From: Gammaproteobacteria bacterium
GTDB lineage: Bacteria > Pseudomonadota > Gammaproteobacteria > Eutrophobiales > Eutrophobiaceae
Assembly (NCBI GenBank): GCA_965221695.1
Contig: OZ244905.1
Coordinates: forward strand, 1,632,001-1,696,000
DNA: 64,000 nucleotides
Direction of reading: 5' to 3'
Positions within the stretch are counted from its first letter, which is position 1; each line of letters starts with the position of its first letter. The translations under genes and the position numbers were made by a program. The notes under the pieces were generated by a model. The model worked only from the letters and a program-made list of their open reading frames with translations. It was not told the DNA's origin and did no database searches. This document shows positions 31,500 through 41,700 of the stretch, in pieces.

Positions 31500-32255
31500 T
31501 TACAGATTCTGCCGGTACAGGTCAAACAGGCCGGCGGACAGCAGGACGGGCAGGTAAACCACGGTCTGGATCAATACTGCTCCCACTGCGCCGGCGCTGA
31601 TCCCGTAGACCAGCCATTCGCTGCGGGTGAATGCGTGCAGGTCGGGCAGCAGCAGCGCCAGCCCGTTCACCATGAAATTCATCAAGACCTGTGAGTTGGC
31701 GTCCGATGCCAGCGCCGGGGCGGCGCTTAACAGGCGCAGCGTCTCCATGCTGCGCGCCAACAGGTAAAATGCGATGACTGACGTGAATGCCAGGCTCACA
31801 TTGGCAAAGGTGAGCAGGCACAGCAAGCTGAAGCAGGCCAGCAGTGCCAGCTCGCAGAACAGGGAGAACATCCAACAGCCGACCGCAACGGCGGGGGCGT
31901 ACAGGAACAACGGCAGCGCAGCAAGAACAGCCACGCTTAATGAAAAACCTGCAAATCCGGCTGTCTTACCTAACAGGTACGCGTGCCTGGGCAGTGGCAC
32001 GGACAGGATCAGCTCCAGGCCCTTATCGTCTCGTTCTCGCAAGACACTGCTTATGACAAACAAGCAGGTGATGCAAATCGAGAAAACCCGCAATAAAGAG
32101 GCTATGACAGAAGCCTGAATCTGTCGGGTTTCCGTGATGCTCAATTCGCCCAGGAACTCCGCCAGGCCGAACAGTCCGAGCGCCACCATGACCATTAACA
32201 TAAGCAGGCGGCAACGCAAGGCTTCAAGCAGGGTAAAATATGCAACTGTGAACAT
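31500..32255 (-). CDS. ABC-2 type transporter permease
   Basis: FTLLEALR, RE.DDK.LELILSVPLPRHAYLLGK, six hydrophobic segments. Confidence 0.85.
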   Translation of the reverse strand: MFTVAYFTLLEALRCRLLMLMVMVALGLFGLAEFLGELSITETRQIQASVIASLLRVFSICITCLFVISSVLRERDDKGLELILSVPLPRHAYLLGKTAGFAGFSLSVAVLAALPLFLYAPAVAVGCWMFSLFCELALLACFSLLCLLTFANVSLAFTSVIAFYLLARSMETLRLLSAAPALASDANSQVLMNFMVNGLALLLPDLHAFTRSEWLVYGISAGAVGAVLIQTVVYLPVLLSAGLFDLYRQNL

Positions 32256-32354
32256 AACTATATTAAAGGGGCCAGAGTAAAAATCCTGACGGCTTTCTTA
32301 CTCTGACCCGGATTGTCCCGTAGCTAACCATCGTCAATTTGTCTGCGCCCGCTC

Positions 32355-33116
32355 TTATGGCAACCGGCCCGCGCTGACCATCCTGTTGAACAGGAGCGGC
32401 CGTGACAACCACACCAGCATGTCGTCAAATGTGGCGACACTGCCCGTTCCGGACACATCGCCCGCCTGGTACAACGGCTCGCCGTCCGGGCAGGAGGTCC
32501 CCGCTCCCGCATCGTAACCGTCGGGGTTTCCGCAAACCCCTGCTTCAAAGCGATCATTTTCCCCGTCCGTTCTCAGGTTTGCGCCGGTGGAATAGACAAT
32601 CGCCACCGGCGTCTCAGTCGGCGCAGTCAGCAACATGCCTTGCCCGTTCACCACGGTCAGGTTGTCGGCCTGGGCCGTGTTCAAGCTGATCAGCGCGGCC
32701 GCATTGCTGAAATTGCGATCCACCCGGTACCGCCAGTAACCATTGAACTGATCGTCTGTCTCACTTCTAGACAAACCCCACGGATCCACCTCAGGCGTTC
32801 CCAAGGTACGCCAGGGCAAGTACCCCTCTGCAGCCGGGTCGGTGTCGCAGGCGGCATCTTCAAGACCATAGCGGTCGCTGTTCGGATCAGTGGTTGTGGT
32901 AGGACAAGGAAGATAACCGTTGATAATTGCGAATCCTGTCAGCGCTTGCTTGATCCGTTCCAGTTGCAACACCACCCTGGCCCGTTGTTTTGCTTCCAGT
33001 ACCGCACCAAGAGGGTTGAGCATCCCACCCAGGACCAGCGCAATGATCAGCAGCGCGATAGTAAGCTCAACCAACGAAAATCCTCTTTGTGTCCCTGGCA
33101 TATCTTTAGCTCGCAT
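32355..33116 (-). CDS. Type IV pilin/pseudopilin-like protein
   Basis: QRG-FSLVELTIALLIIALVLGG; GYLPCP, GYLPWRTLG, DPWG motifs. Confidence 0.88.
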   Translation of the reverse strand: MRAKDMPGTQRGFSLVELTIALLIIALVLGGMLNPLGAVLEAKQRARVVLQLERIKQALTGFAIINGYLPCPTTTTDPNSDRYGLEDAACDTDPAAEGYLPWRTLGTPEVDPWGLSRSETDDQFNGYWRYRVDRNFSNAAALISLNTAQADNLTVVNGQGMLLTAPTETPVAIVYSTGANLRTDGENDRFEAGVCGNPDGYDAGAGTSCPDGEPLYQAGDVSGTGSVATFDDMLVWLSRPLLFNRMVSAGRLP

Positions 33117-33198
33117 TTCTTACCTCGCATCACTTGGTGAGAAATATCGTCCTGCCCTTTTTCTGGTGAATATTGGCATGTTCAGAGCGATACCTGCT

Positions 33199-36021
33199 TC
33201 AGGGCGCGACCACCACAAGCTGGTCATTAAAAGTTGCCGTTATATCTGCGACGGTGAATACATCGTCATTCGCTGAGTTGGCATTTTCCTCTTCAAAATA
33301 ATCAGCGATGGAACCGCTGGAGCGATCCTGATGCGCGAGCGCCATCCCGGCGGAGACCACCAGCGCGGGCACAGGTTCGGCGCGGCCCTGTATGACCAGG
33401 CAGTCCGTTTCGTCCGCGCAATGCCCACTGCCGCCGCCGGAGAAAGCGTCGCCGTAGGCGACATACACCAGCCGCGGCCACTTGTTTTTAACAAACCAGG
33501 CCGGCAGTTCGCCCGGGCCTTCGGACAGGTAGTAATCGATGCCGGTCGTGCGAATGAAACCCGGCGCACCTCCCGGTGGAATGGTCAGGCTGGCGCGGGC
33601 GACCACGCGTGCGCCATCGAGGTCTTCAATGAGCGCCAGCGACACAGCGTCAGGGTCTGCGCCATAGTGGGCGTCGGGCGCGCGTGGCGGCAGACGCGCG
33701 CCGCTTGGGATGCCATTACAACCAGCCCCGTAGCCCAGGCATACATCGCGCACGCGGACGCCGCCACTGGAACGGGCTACCGGAATTCCCTGGTAAGCCA
33801 GGTTAAACCGGTAACGGCGCGTGTTGACGTAGCCAAAGTACAGGTTGTATTCGTCGCCGGCGCTGAATGCGTTATCGTCTCCGCCGCGTAAGCTTGTGCT
33901 GACGGTAGAGCCGTTAATTCCGGTAATCAGGCCGAAGGAACCGTCTGTGACGTTCTGCACCACATCGCCTGTGCCGGCGCCCGCCAGTTCGAAATCCTTG
34001 CCCGGATCGTTCAACTGCCCCCCGGCGGATGCGCCGGCTACACCGCTCAACAAGCGTGTGGCGATACGCAGGTGATAGCCCTCGCCCGGAACCGGTGAAC
34101 GGGATGTTGCCGCCACCTGGCCCAGGATCAATCTGGTGGAGTCCGCAACATCGCGGACAACCGCCAGGTAGGGTTCGTCAACCAGGTCCCCCGGTTTTAT
34201 CCCGGCGGCAATGAAATCCACGGCCGCGTCTTTCAAAACGGTTGCTGAAGAGCCAGTAGCGGCGCTCCCTGCGAGCAAGGGCGCTGTTTCACTGACGCCG
34301 ATACAATCGACCACCCGGACATTAAGCCATACACAATAACCGTTATCAGCGCTGACTATTACCGCGCCAGAAATGTCTGAGGACATCAGCGCGTGGGCCA
34401 CCGCCGCGGCATAAGCGGGATGGGCATCCGGCGCAAGCCCGGAAATTGCGCTGGGGTCGGCAATGTTTACCTGCCACTCCACGTTAAAACCGGTTGCAAA
34501 CACCTTGCCGGGTTCATGCAGCGCCAGTAATCCTTTCCTGACGTTATGGCCGGCGTTGTAACGGGGCAACCGGTAGACATCAGATTCACTGAAACTATTG
34601 TTGCGGCCGAAGCGCAGGCCGGCCACGGTCAGCCTGCTTGGACCGTCCATGTTGACGATACGGCCGATTGAACCATCAGTTAAGTTCTCCACCAGGTCCC
34701 CGCTGACTACCCCCCTGGCAACAAAATCGTTGCTGGGGTCGGCCAGGGTCAGGTTGGCGCTGCCCAGGCCCGCGGCGCCTGTATTACTGCGCAGGCGGTA
34801 AACTTCGCCAAAGTCCATATTATTCTCAATACCACCACTGAGCTTGTTCAGCGTTAATGACGTCCTGCCGACAGCCACGACCGCGCCGCTTGAACCGTCG
34901 CTCAGGTTTTCCACCACATCGCCGGGCGACACACCCAACTCCCTGAAATCCTGCCCAGTATCTTTCAGAACAAGTGCGGAACTGCCTGCGCCGACCGTAC
35001 CCGTGAGGCGCCCGGCAAGCCCGCGCAACTCGACATAATAAATGTCCCCCCGGTCAAAATCGTTTTCCTCCCCGTTTGCAAGATCACGAACCTCCAGTGT
35101 CTTGCGCCGCGCCGCCGATACCACGGCGATGGAACCGTCGGTCACGTTCCTGACCCGGTCCTGGACGCCGACTCTCCAATCGGTGAAATCCCTGCGCTGG
35201 TCCGTAAGCATCCCCGCATTATTGTTGCCGGTGTGGGCGCCTCGCAATGCCCGGTTGCCGGCATGGGGGTCGGCAAATTGAGCCAGCAGGGGGTAGCCGG
35301 CATGGTCAGCCTGGTAACGCGCCAGCGCGGCGCGCACTTCATTGAGCACGCGCCGTTCCACCACCCTCATTAATGCCGCACGCGTGATGGCGGCCACTTG
35401 ATCATTCCCGACCACGGCAGAAAACCTGCCGTTGGCAACACTGGCATTGTCCCCTTCCAGGTAATCGGCGGCATTATTACTCGGACGTCGGAACTGGCCG
35501 GCTTGCGGCGATCCCGGCGCGATAACAACTGCCACCACATCGTCCATATTATCGACATTCAATCGCCCTGGGGTTTCACTGTTGAGCAGCGCGTGGTTGG
35601 ATTGGGTATTCCTGAAATTCGGCGACACGGCATACCACAAACGTTCGCCACTGCTGTCGCGCGGATCATCCAGTCCCAGTATCGCGAACGGCAAACGACC
35701 CAGGGTTGTGCCGGTACTGTGCGCGCAATTGGTTTCCGGCCGGCCGTCGTTGTTCCGGTCCGGACAGGGCAAAAACCCCGGGCCTTTTTCCGGGTTGGCG
35801 CGCAGTTCAGGATAATTCATTGCATAGGACAATAGCGCCTGTTGTGCCCGGTTCAGCGCCAGACCGCTGTTTGTGCGCCGCTCATGGAGCTGCGTATGCC
35901 TGTTCAGTTCCGACAGCAACAGCCAGGAAGACCCCGCAATCAGCGCCAGCATCAAGGCCAACAGGGCTGCCCCCTGCGTCGAGTGCGGGCCGGGACCTGT
36001 GCAACGGAAAACAGAACTCAT
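33199..36021 (-). CDS. Large PilX-like minor pilin with five internal repeats
   Basis: TQG-AALLALML (no Glu5), GFLPCPD, GRLPFAILGL, DSSGERLWYAVS; repeats DFxxxGVxxGDxVxNxTDGS. Confidence 0.7.
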   Translation of the reverse strand: MSSVFRCTGPGPHSTQGAALLALMLALIAGSSWLLLSELNRHTQLHERRTNSGLALNRAQQALLSYAMNYPELRANPEKGPGFLPCPDRNNDGRPETNCAHSTGTTLGRLPFAILGLDDPRDSSGERLWYAVSPNFRNTQSNHALLNSETPGRLNVDNMDDVVAVVIAPGSPQAGQFRRPSNNAADYLEGDNASVANGRFSAVVGNDQVAAITRAALMRVVERRVLNEVRAALARYQADHAGYPLLAQFADPHAGNRALRGAHTGNNNAGMLTDQRRDFTDWRVGVQDRVRNVTDGSIAVVSAARRKTLEVRDLANGEENDFDRGDIYYVELRGLAGRLTGTVGAGSSALVLKDTGQDFRELGVSPGDVVENLSDGSSGAVVAVGRTSLTLNKLSGGIENNMDFGEVYRLRSNTGAAGLGSANLTLADPSNDFVARGVVSGDLVENLTDGSIGRIVNMDGPSRLTVAGLRFGRNNSFSESDVYRLPRYNAGHNVRKGLLALHEPGKVFATGFNVEWQVNIADPSAISGLAPDAHPAYAAAVAHALMSSDISGAVIVSADNGYCVWLNVRVVDCIGVSETAPLLAGSAATGSSATVLKDAAVDFIAAGIKPGDLVDEPYLAVVRDVADSTRLILGQVAATSRSPVPGEGYHLRIATRLLSGVAGASAGGQLNDPGKDFELAGAGTGDVVQNVTDGSFGLITGINGSTVSTSLRGGDDNAFSAGDEYNLYFGYVNTRRYRFNLAYQGIPVARSSGGVRVRDVCLGYGAGCNGIPSGARLPPRAPDAHYGADPDAVSLALIEDLDGARVVARASLTIPPGGAPGFIRTTGIDYYLSEGPGELPAWFVKNKWPRLVYVAYGDAFSGGGSGHCADETDCLVIQGRAEPVPALVVSAGMALAHQDRSSGSIADYFEEENANSANDDVFTVADITATFNDQLVVVAP

Positions 36022-36518
36022 GGAACGCGGTCCTCCAACTCAGTCACGAGACCGGACTCCGGATAATAGGACTGGCCCGGTTTGAGTTTCACCGACTTTC
36101 CGCGCACCGGCACGCGTACGGCTGTCTCGTGTTCCGCTTGCCCGCCGGCTTCCGGTTGCCGGTACTCCAGGCGCGTGCTCCCATCTTGCGCTTTGATCCA
36201 CGCCATACGCGCGCCGTCGTTCCTGTAAATCAGACCCTGAAGCGTGATCGCGTCTGACTTGCGCAGCGTTTGGGAGGCTCCCGTTCCGGGCTGTTGTACG
36301 GGCGGTCCACCAGGCGTTGCTCGGTTCTCCGTTGCCATTCCCTCGCGACCGTCCAGCGCCCGCTTGTGCGCCGCTTTCAACGCTTGCAACCGTTGCCGCT
36401 GCTCCGGCGTGGTGAACAATCTCCCGAATTGTTGTTCATCGGCTCCCATACATCCCTGAGACAGGATGAGCAAGGCCGCAATCATCCATTTTTCGCATTG
36501 CCAACAGCGCGAGTTCAT
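36018..36518 (-). CDS. Hypothetical exported protein (PilP/GspC-like position)
   Basis: Signal-like segment, FGRLFTTPEQRQRL, LQGLIYR, VKLKPGQ; ATGA-type overlaps with neighbours. Confidence 0.65.
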   Translation of the reverse strand: MNSRCWQCEKWMIAALLILSQGCMGADEQQFGRLFTTPEQRQRLQALKAAHKRALDGREGMATENRATPGGPPVQQPGTGASQTLRKSDAITLQGLIYRNDGARMAWIKAQDGSTRLEYRQPEAGGQAEHETAVRVPVRGKSVKLKPGQSYYPESGLVTELEDRVP

Positions 36519-37135
36519 GTGGTTGTCTCCTGCCCATCCCCCGGCCTGACGGTAAACCATTCCAGCAGACATTCGGCAGTTACGTTTCCGGCAGCCGGGT
36601 TATCCGTAAGTTCCACAAAATTGCGCGCCAACTCACAGCTTGAAATGGTATAGATGCCTTGCGCGTGTTCATCCAGCAGGTCAAACAAGGCAAACAGGTC
36701 CTGCTCATGCAGGATTTGCATACTCAGGGCCATTTCACTGACAAAAACCTGGCGCCCGCCCGGTGGCATCAACGCGCCGGGCCGATAGGGTTTCTGCGCT
36801 TTTATCTCATAGGCCAGGGACGCCAACCCCAATGCATGCCCCGCATGCTGCAGTGTTTCCACCCAGTTCAACCTGTGCTCCTCGCCTGACAGCCCGATTT
36901 TATCCAGCTCCATGAAGCGCGGAAGATAATCCCGGATGATCTTCTCTTCCTGATCCACTGCCAGGTAGCGGTTGCGGATATCGTTCAACCGGGCTGTGTG
37001 ATGGTCGACTTGCTGTTCCATATGCTTCCCAAAGGCAACGCTGCCCGCCAACAGTGAGACGCCCAATATTGCCGCCCCGGCAAACAGGACCACGGCGCCG
37101 CGTATATACGACCAGTCAATGTACTTTATCCACAT
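36515..37135 (-). CDS. PilO/GspM-like inner membrane assembly protein
   Basis: Single N-terminal TM, coiled coil, RLNWVE, ILHEQDLF, C-terminal ferredoxin-like region. Confidence 0.6.
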   Translation of the reverse strand: MWIKYIDWSYIRGAVVLFAGAAILGVSLLAGSVAFGKHMEQQVDHHTARLNDIRNRYLAVDQEEKIIRDYLPRFMELDKIGLSGEEHRLNWVETLQHAGHALGLASLAYEIKAQKPYRPGALMPPGGRQVFVSEMALSMQILHEQDLFALFDLLDEHAQGIYTISSCELARNFVELTDNPAAGNVTAECLLEWFTVRPGDGQETTT

Positions 37136-37219
37136 TTCTCAAAGCGATGTGTGTGGTGAATCATGTTGAAATACTGACATTTAACGCATTGACAGCATTC
37201 ATGTTTGTGAAATTTCATG

Positions 37220-38788
37220 TCAGTTTTGTAAAACAACCTTCAGGGTAAAGTCCGCCCGCCGCTGCAAAGACTGTGTATTGCCTTGCAGGTGCGCGCCGGA
37301 ACTGAGTTCCAGCGGCAAGCTGCCAACAGCGACAGCATGCATCGCCTGCTGGCCGCGCAGGTCGTCAGCAAAGCGATTGATCGCATCCATAGCTTCCCGG
37401 TAATTTCCGTCAAATGGCTCTACGCGTCCTTTTAGCAAAGCTACCTGGTAACGCGAACGGTCGGCGCCGGGCACATTCAGCGCGTCCGGCAAGCCGGTAT
37501 CATCCTTGTCTGCGCCGTCAATCGCGTCCGGATCGTCTGTAGTTTTCCAGGCTATGCTGTTCAACTGAATGGATGGGAACCCGCGCAGGCTGCGACTGAT
37601 TGCGGCTACCATCCCGAGAGGTGATGTTTTTTGTTGCGCCAGACTATCCGCAATCATCACTACTGTCTTTAATTCAGACGCATCAACCGGCGTTTTCGGG
37701 AGGCGTTTCCTGGCCTGTTCGTAGTCTGCGGTGTATTTATGTGTTTGCTCCTCAGCCGCGCTGACCGCCGGATACAGCGCCAGACCGCGATAAATATTCA
37801 GCGCGCTCCATCCAGCGCTGCCCAGCAATATCGCGAATCCGGATGCAGCAACCCCTGCGCGCAGTCGGCCGAGGATAAACCAGCGTCTTTCCGCCATCCC
37901 AGCATAAACGTTGCCGGGCCTTAGCTTGAAGAATTGCCGGATAAAATACGCGTCGCTGAACGGCTCAAAAACGGGTTCGCGAGAGGCATTTTCATCCGCC
38001 GGCTGATGCGGGTCGCAGAAATGGTAGCAGACCGATTCCTGTTGTTTGAGGGCAGCTTTGAGTTGGTCTGACAGCGCGCCGGCAACCAGAAAATGGACAT
38101 GCAAGGTTTCCGCAGGCTGGTCGGGTCGCCGGCTTTCCAGATAACGCAGAACTTTTTCCACTTCAGCGCCGACCTGCTCTGCGTGTGAAATCCACACCAG
38201 TCGGCTGAACTGAAACTCACCATTGTCAAAACAGGTCTGGCGCAAGCCGCTGACGCTTTGCAGACTGACCAGCAACCGGCATCCGTCATTCCTGCCCGCT
38301 ATGTTTTTCAACAACTGCGCGGAAAAAAGAGGCAGTGAACAGATACTGGCCAGGGGCGACCGGGCCTCATCCAGTATGGCAACCCACTGCCTGACTGCGC
38401 CGGGATTGGCCAGCGCGCTGAGCAACACGCGCTCATCTCTTCGGCCTGTTTTTTCTCGGCCTGTAACCTTGAAATAATAATAGCCGGTGTCCTTGAAAAT
38501 ACGCGCGGCCTTGCGTCTCAGCAACGCCTGCCGGTCCCGCCGTGACAGGCGCGGCACAGTATCCAAGCGGTATTCTTCATCAACCAGGTCCACCAGCAGG
38601 TAGCATGGCATCTCAGGCTCTTCGGCAAGATAACGCCGAAATCCCTGCCGCCCATCTTCTCCCGCATCGAACACAGCGCGCTGCATCACAAGATCATCCT
38701 GCCACTGATAGACGACTGCCTGCCTGGCCCCTACCAACAGCGCCCTGCGCGCGCGGCGCTTATACGCCAAGTCCGGTAATGAGATCAT
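37220..38788 (-). CDS. GspL/PilMN-like (MshI-like) assembly protein
   Basis: Cytoplasmic N-domain, central TM (VAASGFAILLGSAGW), periplasmic C-domain; follows the GspF-like gene. Confidence 0.6.
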   Translation of the reverse strand: MISLPDLAYKRRARRALLVGARQAVVYQWQDDLVMQRAVFDAGEDGRQGFRRYLAEEPEMPCYLLVDLVDEEYRLDTVPRLSRRDRQALLRRKAARIFKDTGYYYFKVTGREKTGRRDERVLLSALANPGAVRQWVAILDEARSPLASICSLPLFSAQLLKNIAGRNDGCRLLVSLQSVSGLRQTCFDNGEFQFSRLVWISHAEQVGAEVEKVLRYLESRRPDQPAETLHVHFLVAGALSDQLKAALKQQESVCYHFCDPHQPADENASREPVFEPFSDAYFIRQFFKLRPGNVYAGMAERRWFILGRLRAGVAASGFAILLGSAGWSALNIYRGLALYPAVSAAEEQTHKYTADYEQARKRLPKTPVDASELKTVVMIADSLAQQKTSPLGMVAAISRSLRGFPSIQLNSIAWKTTDDPDAIDGADKDDTGLPDALNVPGADRSRYQVALLKGRVEPFDGNYREAMDAINRFADDLRGQQAMHAVAVGSLPLELSSGAHLQGNTQSLQRRADFTLKVVLQN

Positions 38789-39965
38789 AGATCGGTCCGA
38801 ATACGGATAACATGACCCAGCCAATGACGAGTCCCAACAATATGGTCATGGCCGGCTCCAACATGGATTGCAGCCTTGCTATGGTTTCACGCGCGTCGCG
38901 GGTGTAGAAATAAGCGACATGTTCCAAAGATAGCGCCAGCGCGCCGGTGTTTTCCCCGACCCTGATCATGCGCAGGATTAAAGGCGGAAACAGGCCGCTT
39001 GCGGCGAAGCTATCGCCGAGGCTCCTGCCGTCCGCCACGGCCCTGCCGGCGCTGTTCATTGCCCGGGCGATAGCAAGATTGCCGGCGCTGCGTTCACCGG
39101 CGCTGATGCAGTCAATCACCGTAATGCCCGACGCGTACATCATTGCAAACAAGCCTGAGACTCGGGCCAGGATCAGTTTTTCCAGCGCCGGGCCGACTAC
39201 CGGCATGGATAACTTCAAGCTGTCCAGGGCAAGCCTGAAGCCGGGACTGATTCGGCTGCCGGCAGCGACGAGAAGCGCGATCAGCGGGGGCGCACACAGG
39301 ATCGCGTAGAAGTAATCGGCAAATCCAGCCGACAGCGCGATCAGCAGCCTGGTATGGGCAGGTAGCTCCGATCCCGTCATCCGGACGAAGGCCAGCAATT
39401 CCGGCACCAGGTAAACCATCAGAAACACCACTACCGCGCCGATCAGTGCGCCGCTGATCGCGGGAAGCATGATCAGCTTCCCGACCATGGACGCCTGCTC
39501 ATCCTGCCACTTCAGGTCAGCGCCCAGCTTGTTGAGTATGATGTTGAGGTTGCCGGTCTGTTCCCCGGCTCGAACCAGGTTTACGAATACTTCACTGAAT
39601 ACACCTGGAAACCCGCGCATGGCCTCCGACAGCGCGCTGCCCCCCTCTATCGCTTCCAGCATGGCGGCGCACACCTCGCGTAACCGGGGGTTGTCTGCGC
39701 TGGTGCGCAAATCCCGCAGACTGTCGACCACAGGTACGCCCGCGCGCAAGGTCTGTTCCAGGTGGAAGCAAAACACGATCAGATCGCGCCGCTTAATCCG
39801 GCGAGCCGCGCTCGGCAAGCCATGTAGCAGGGCGGTCTTATAACTGATCAATTCCAGCCCCATCCCGCGCAACCGTCTTTCCAGGTCGGCGCCGTTGGCC
39901 GCGCTGGTTTTCCCTCTTCGTATACGACCCCGGGCATCGATCCCTTTGTAGCGGTAAACAGTCAT
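38760..39965 (-). CDS. Type II secretion/type IV pilus platform protein (GspF/PilC/MshG family)
   Basis: LRAGVPVVDSL, AGEQTGNL, MIRVGENTGAL, LEPAMTI...PIYD. Confidence 0.92.
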   Translation of the reverse strand: MTVYRYKGIDARGRIRRGKTSAANGADLERRLRGMGLELISYKTALLHGLPSAARRIKRRDLIVFCFHLEQTLRAGVPVVDSLRDLRTSADNPRLREVCAAMLEAIEGGSALSEAMRGFPGVFSEVFVNLVRAGEQTGNLNIILNKLGADLKWQDEQASMVGKLIMLPAISGALIGAVVVFLMVYLVPELLAFVRMTGSELPAHTRLLIALSAGFADYFYAILCAPPLIALLVAAGSRISPGFRLALDSLKLSMPVVGPALEKLILARVSGLFAMMYASGITVIDCISAGERSAGNLAIARAMNSAGRAVADGRSLGDSFAASGLFPPLILRMIRVGENTGALALSLEHVAYFYTRDARETIARLQSMLEPAMTILLGLVIGWVMLSVFGPIYDLITGLGV

Positions 39966-41698
39966 GGATAGCCCCGTAACAAACCGCTGCCTAGGTCTAC
40001 CACGCGAGTCACCTCGGCAAGGCTGGTCTTGCCTTCGATGACACTGCGTTTGCCGGCTTCGGCCAACGGCCTGAAGCCCTTGGCAATAGCCATATCATGG
40101 AGTTCCCGGGATGTCCCGCGGCGGGCGATCAATTCGTCCAGGTCCGGGTCAAACGGCAAGATCTCCATCAACGCCATACGGCCTCGGTAGCCCTGGCCGC
40201 CGCAGGCATCGCACCCGACCGGACGGTAGATAATGAGTTGTTCATCCGTGTCGCGGATGCGGTTGACGGACCCTGGACTGTTCATCTCGACCGGTTCCTT
40301 GCACTCGCCGCACAGCTTGCGCACCAGTCGTTGCGCGATAGCACCAATGACATTGCCAGCCAGTATCTCGGGCTTCACACCTGTATCCAGCAGGCGCGGA
40401 ATGGCCCCGATCGCAGAATTGGAATGCAAGGTGGAGAATACTCGATGGCCGGTCATCGCTGCGCGCACGGCCATCGCGGCAGTGTCTTCGTCCCGGATCT
40501 CCCCCACCAGGATAATATCCGGGTCCTGGCGCAATATTGAGCGGATGCCATCGGCAAAGCCAAACCTGGACCCGCTACTGGCCGATGTCTGCCTGATCAT
40601 GGAAGAAGGATATTCGACCGGGTCTTCCAGGGTCATGATATTGACCGATTCGCTGTTCAGGTACTGGAGTATCGAATACAACGTAGTGGTCTTGCCGCTG
40701 CCGGTGGGACCGGTCACCAGGATCAGCCCTTCCGGGCGCGCCACCATGCGTTTCAACGCGGCCAGGTCGGTCTGTTGCAGGCCCAGTTGATCCAGGGCAA
40801 CGATTCCTTTTTGCCGATCCAGAACCCGTAGGACTATGTTCTCACCGTGCAGCGTGGGCAAAGTGGATACGCGAAAATCAACCTGCCGCCCCGACATCGT
40901 AAGCGAGATGCGGCCATCCTGCGGCAAGCGGGATTCTGCTATATCCAACCCCGCCATCACCTTCACACGCACGGCAAGCGCCGACCAATAGTTTTTATGT
41001 AGGCTGCGCACCTGCCGCAACACGCCGTCGATGCGATAACGAAAGCGCAGGAAACCCTGCTCCGGTTCAAAATGGATATCCGAGGCGCCGCGTTTCACCG
41101 CGTCAGACAGCAACGCATTAACCAGCCGGACCACCGGTTGGCTGTATTCATCACTTTGTGCCGCCAGGCTCTGGTAGTCGATTTCACCCGTTTCTATTTC
41201 ATTCAGGATGCCATCCACGGACAGCTCATAACCGTAGAAGCGGTCAATCGATTTTTCGATATCCGTTTCCGCGGCAAGCGCCGGCACGACCTCCGCGGCG
41301 CCGCCCAGGTGCGCGCTGATCCGATCCAGGGCAACAATATCAAAGATATCCGTCAGCGCCACTTTCAGCGCCTTGCGCAACGGGTCATAGCTCACCGGCA
41401 CGACACGCAGGCGCCTGGCCATTTCCTCCGGGATCATCGCGATGGCTTCGCTATCGGCCACGATAGAATGCAGGTCGACCCGCTGCTGTCCGAATACGCC
41501 ACCGATGACATCGTGGACAATTGCTTCGGTTACGAAGCCCAGCCGCACCAGGATCCTGCCGGGCTGTTCGCGGCTGTTCTTCTGTTCGACCAGCGCGATT
41601 TCAAGCTGGTCGGGGGTAATAACCCCCTTGTCAACGAGTAGTTCACAAAGGGCCTGCCCGGAGTTGGCGTTGAGTTGCGGGCGCGCGGGGTCAGCCAT
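39962..41698 (-). CDS. GspE/PilB/MshE family assembly ATPase
   Basis: ASDIHFEP, LDIAESRLPQDG, VTGPTGSGKTTTLY, LEDPVEY, LRQDPDIILVGEIRD, tetracysteine motif; MshEN-like N-terminus. Confidence 0.95.
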   Translation of the reverse strand: MADPARPQLNANSGQALCELLVDKGVITPDQLEIALVEQKNSREQPGRILVRLGFVTEAIVHDVIGGVFGQQRVDLHSIVADSEAIAMIPEEMARRLRVVPVSYDPLRKALKVALTDIFDIVALDRISAHLGGAAEVVPALAAETDIEKSIDRFYGYELSVDGILNEIETGEIDYQSLAAQSDEYSQPVVRLVNALLSDAVKRGASDIHFEPEQGFLRFRYRIDGVLRQVRSLHKNYWSALAVRVKVMAGLDIAESRLPQDGRISLTMSGRQVDFRVSTLPTLHGENIVLRVLDRQKGIVALDQLGLQQTDLAALKRMVARPEGLILVTGPTGSGKTTTLYSILQYLNSESVNIMTLEDPVEYPSSMIRQTSASSGSRFGFADGIRSILRQDPDIILVGEIRDEDTAAMAVRAAMTGHRVFSTLHSNSAIGAIPRLLDTGVKPEILAGNVIGAIAQRLVRKLCGECKEPVEMNSPGSVNRIRDTDEQLIIYRPVGCDACGGQGYRGRMALMEILPFDPDLDELIARRGTSRELHDMAIAKGFRPLAEAGKRSVIEGKTSLAEVTRVVDLGSGLLRGYP

Positions 41699-41700
41699 GG

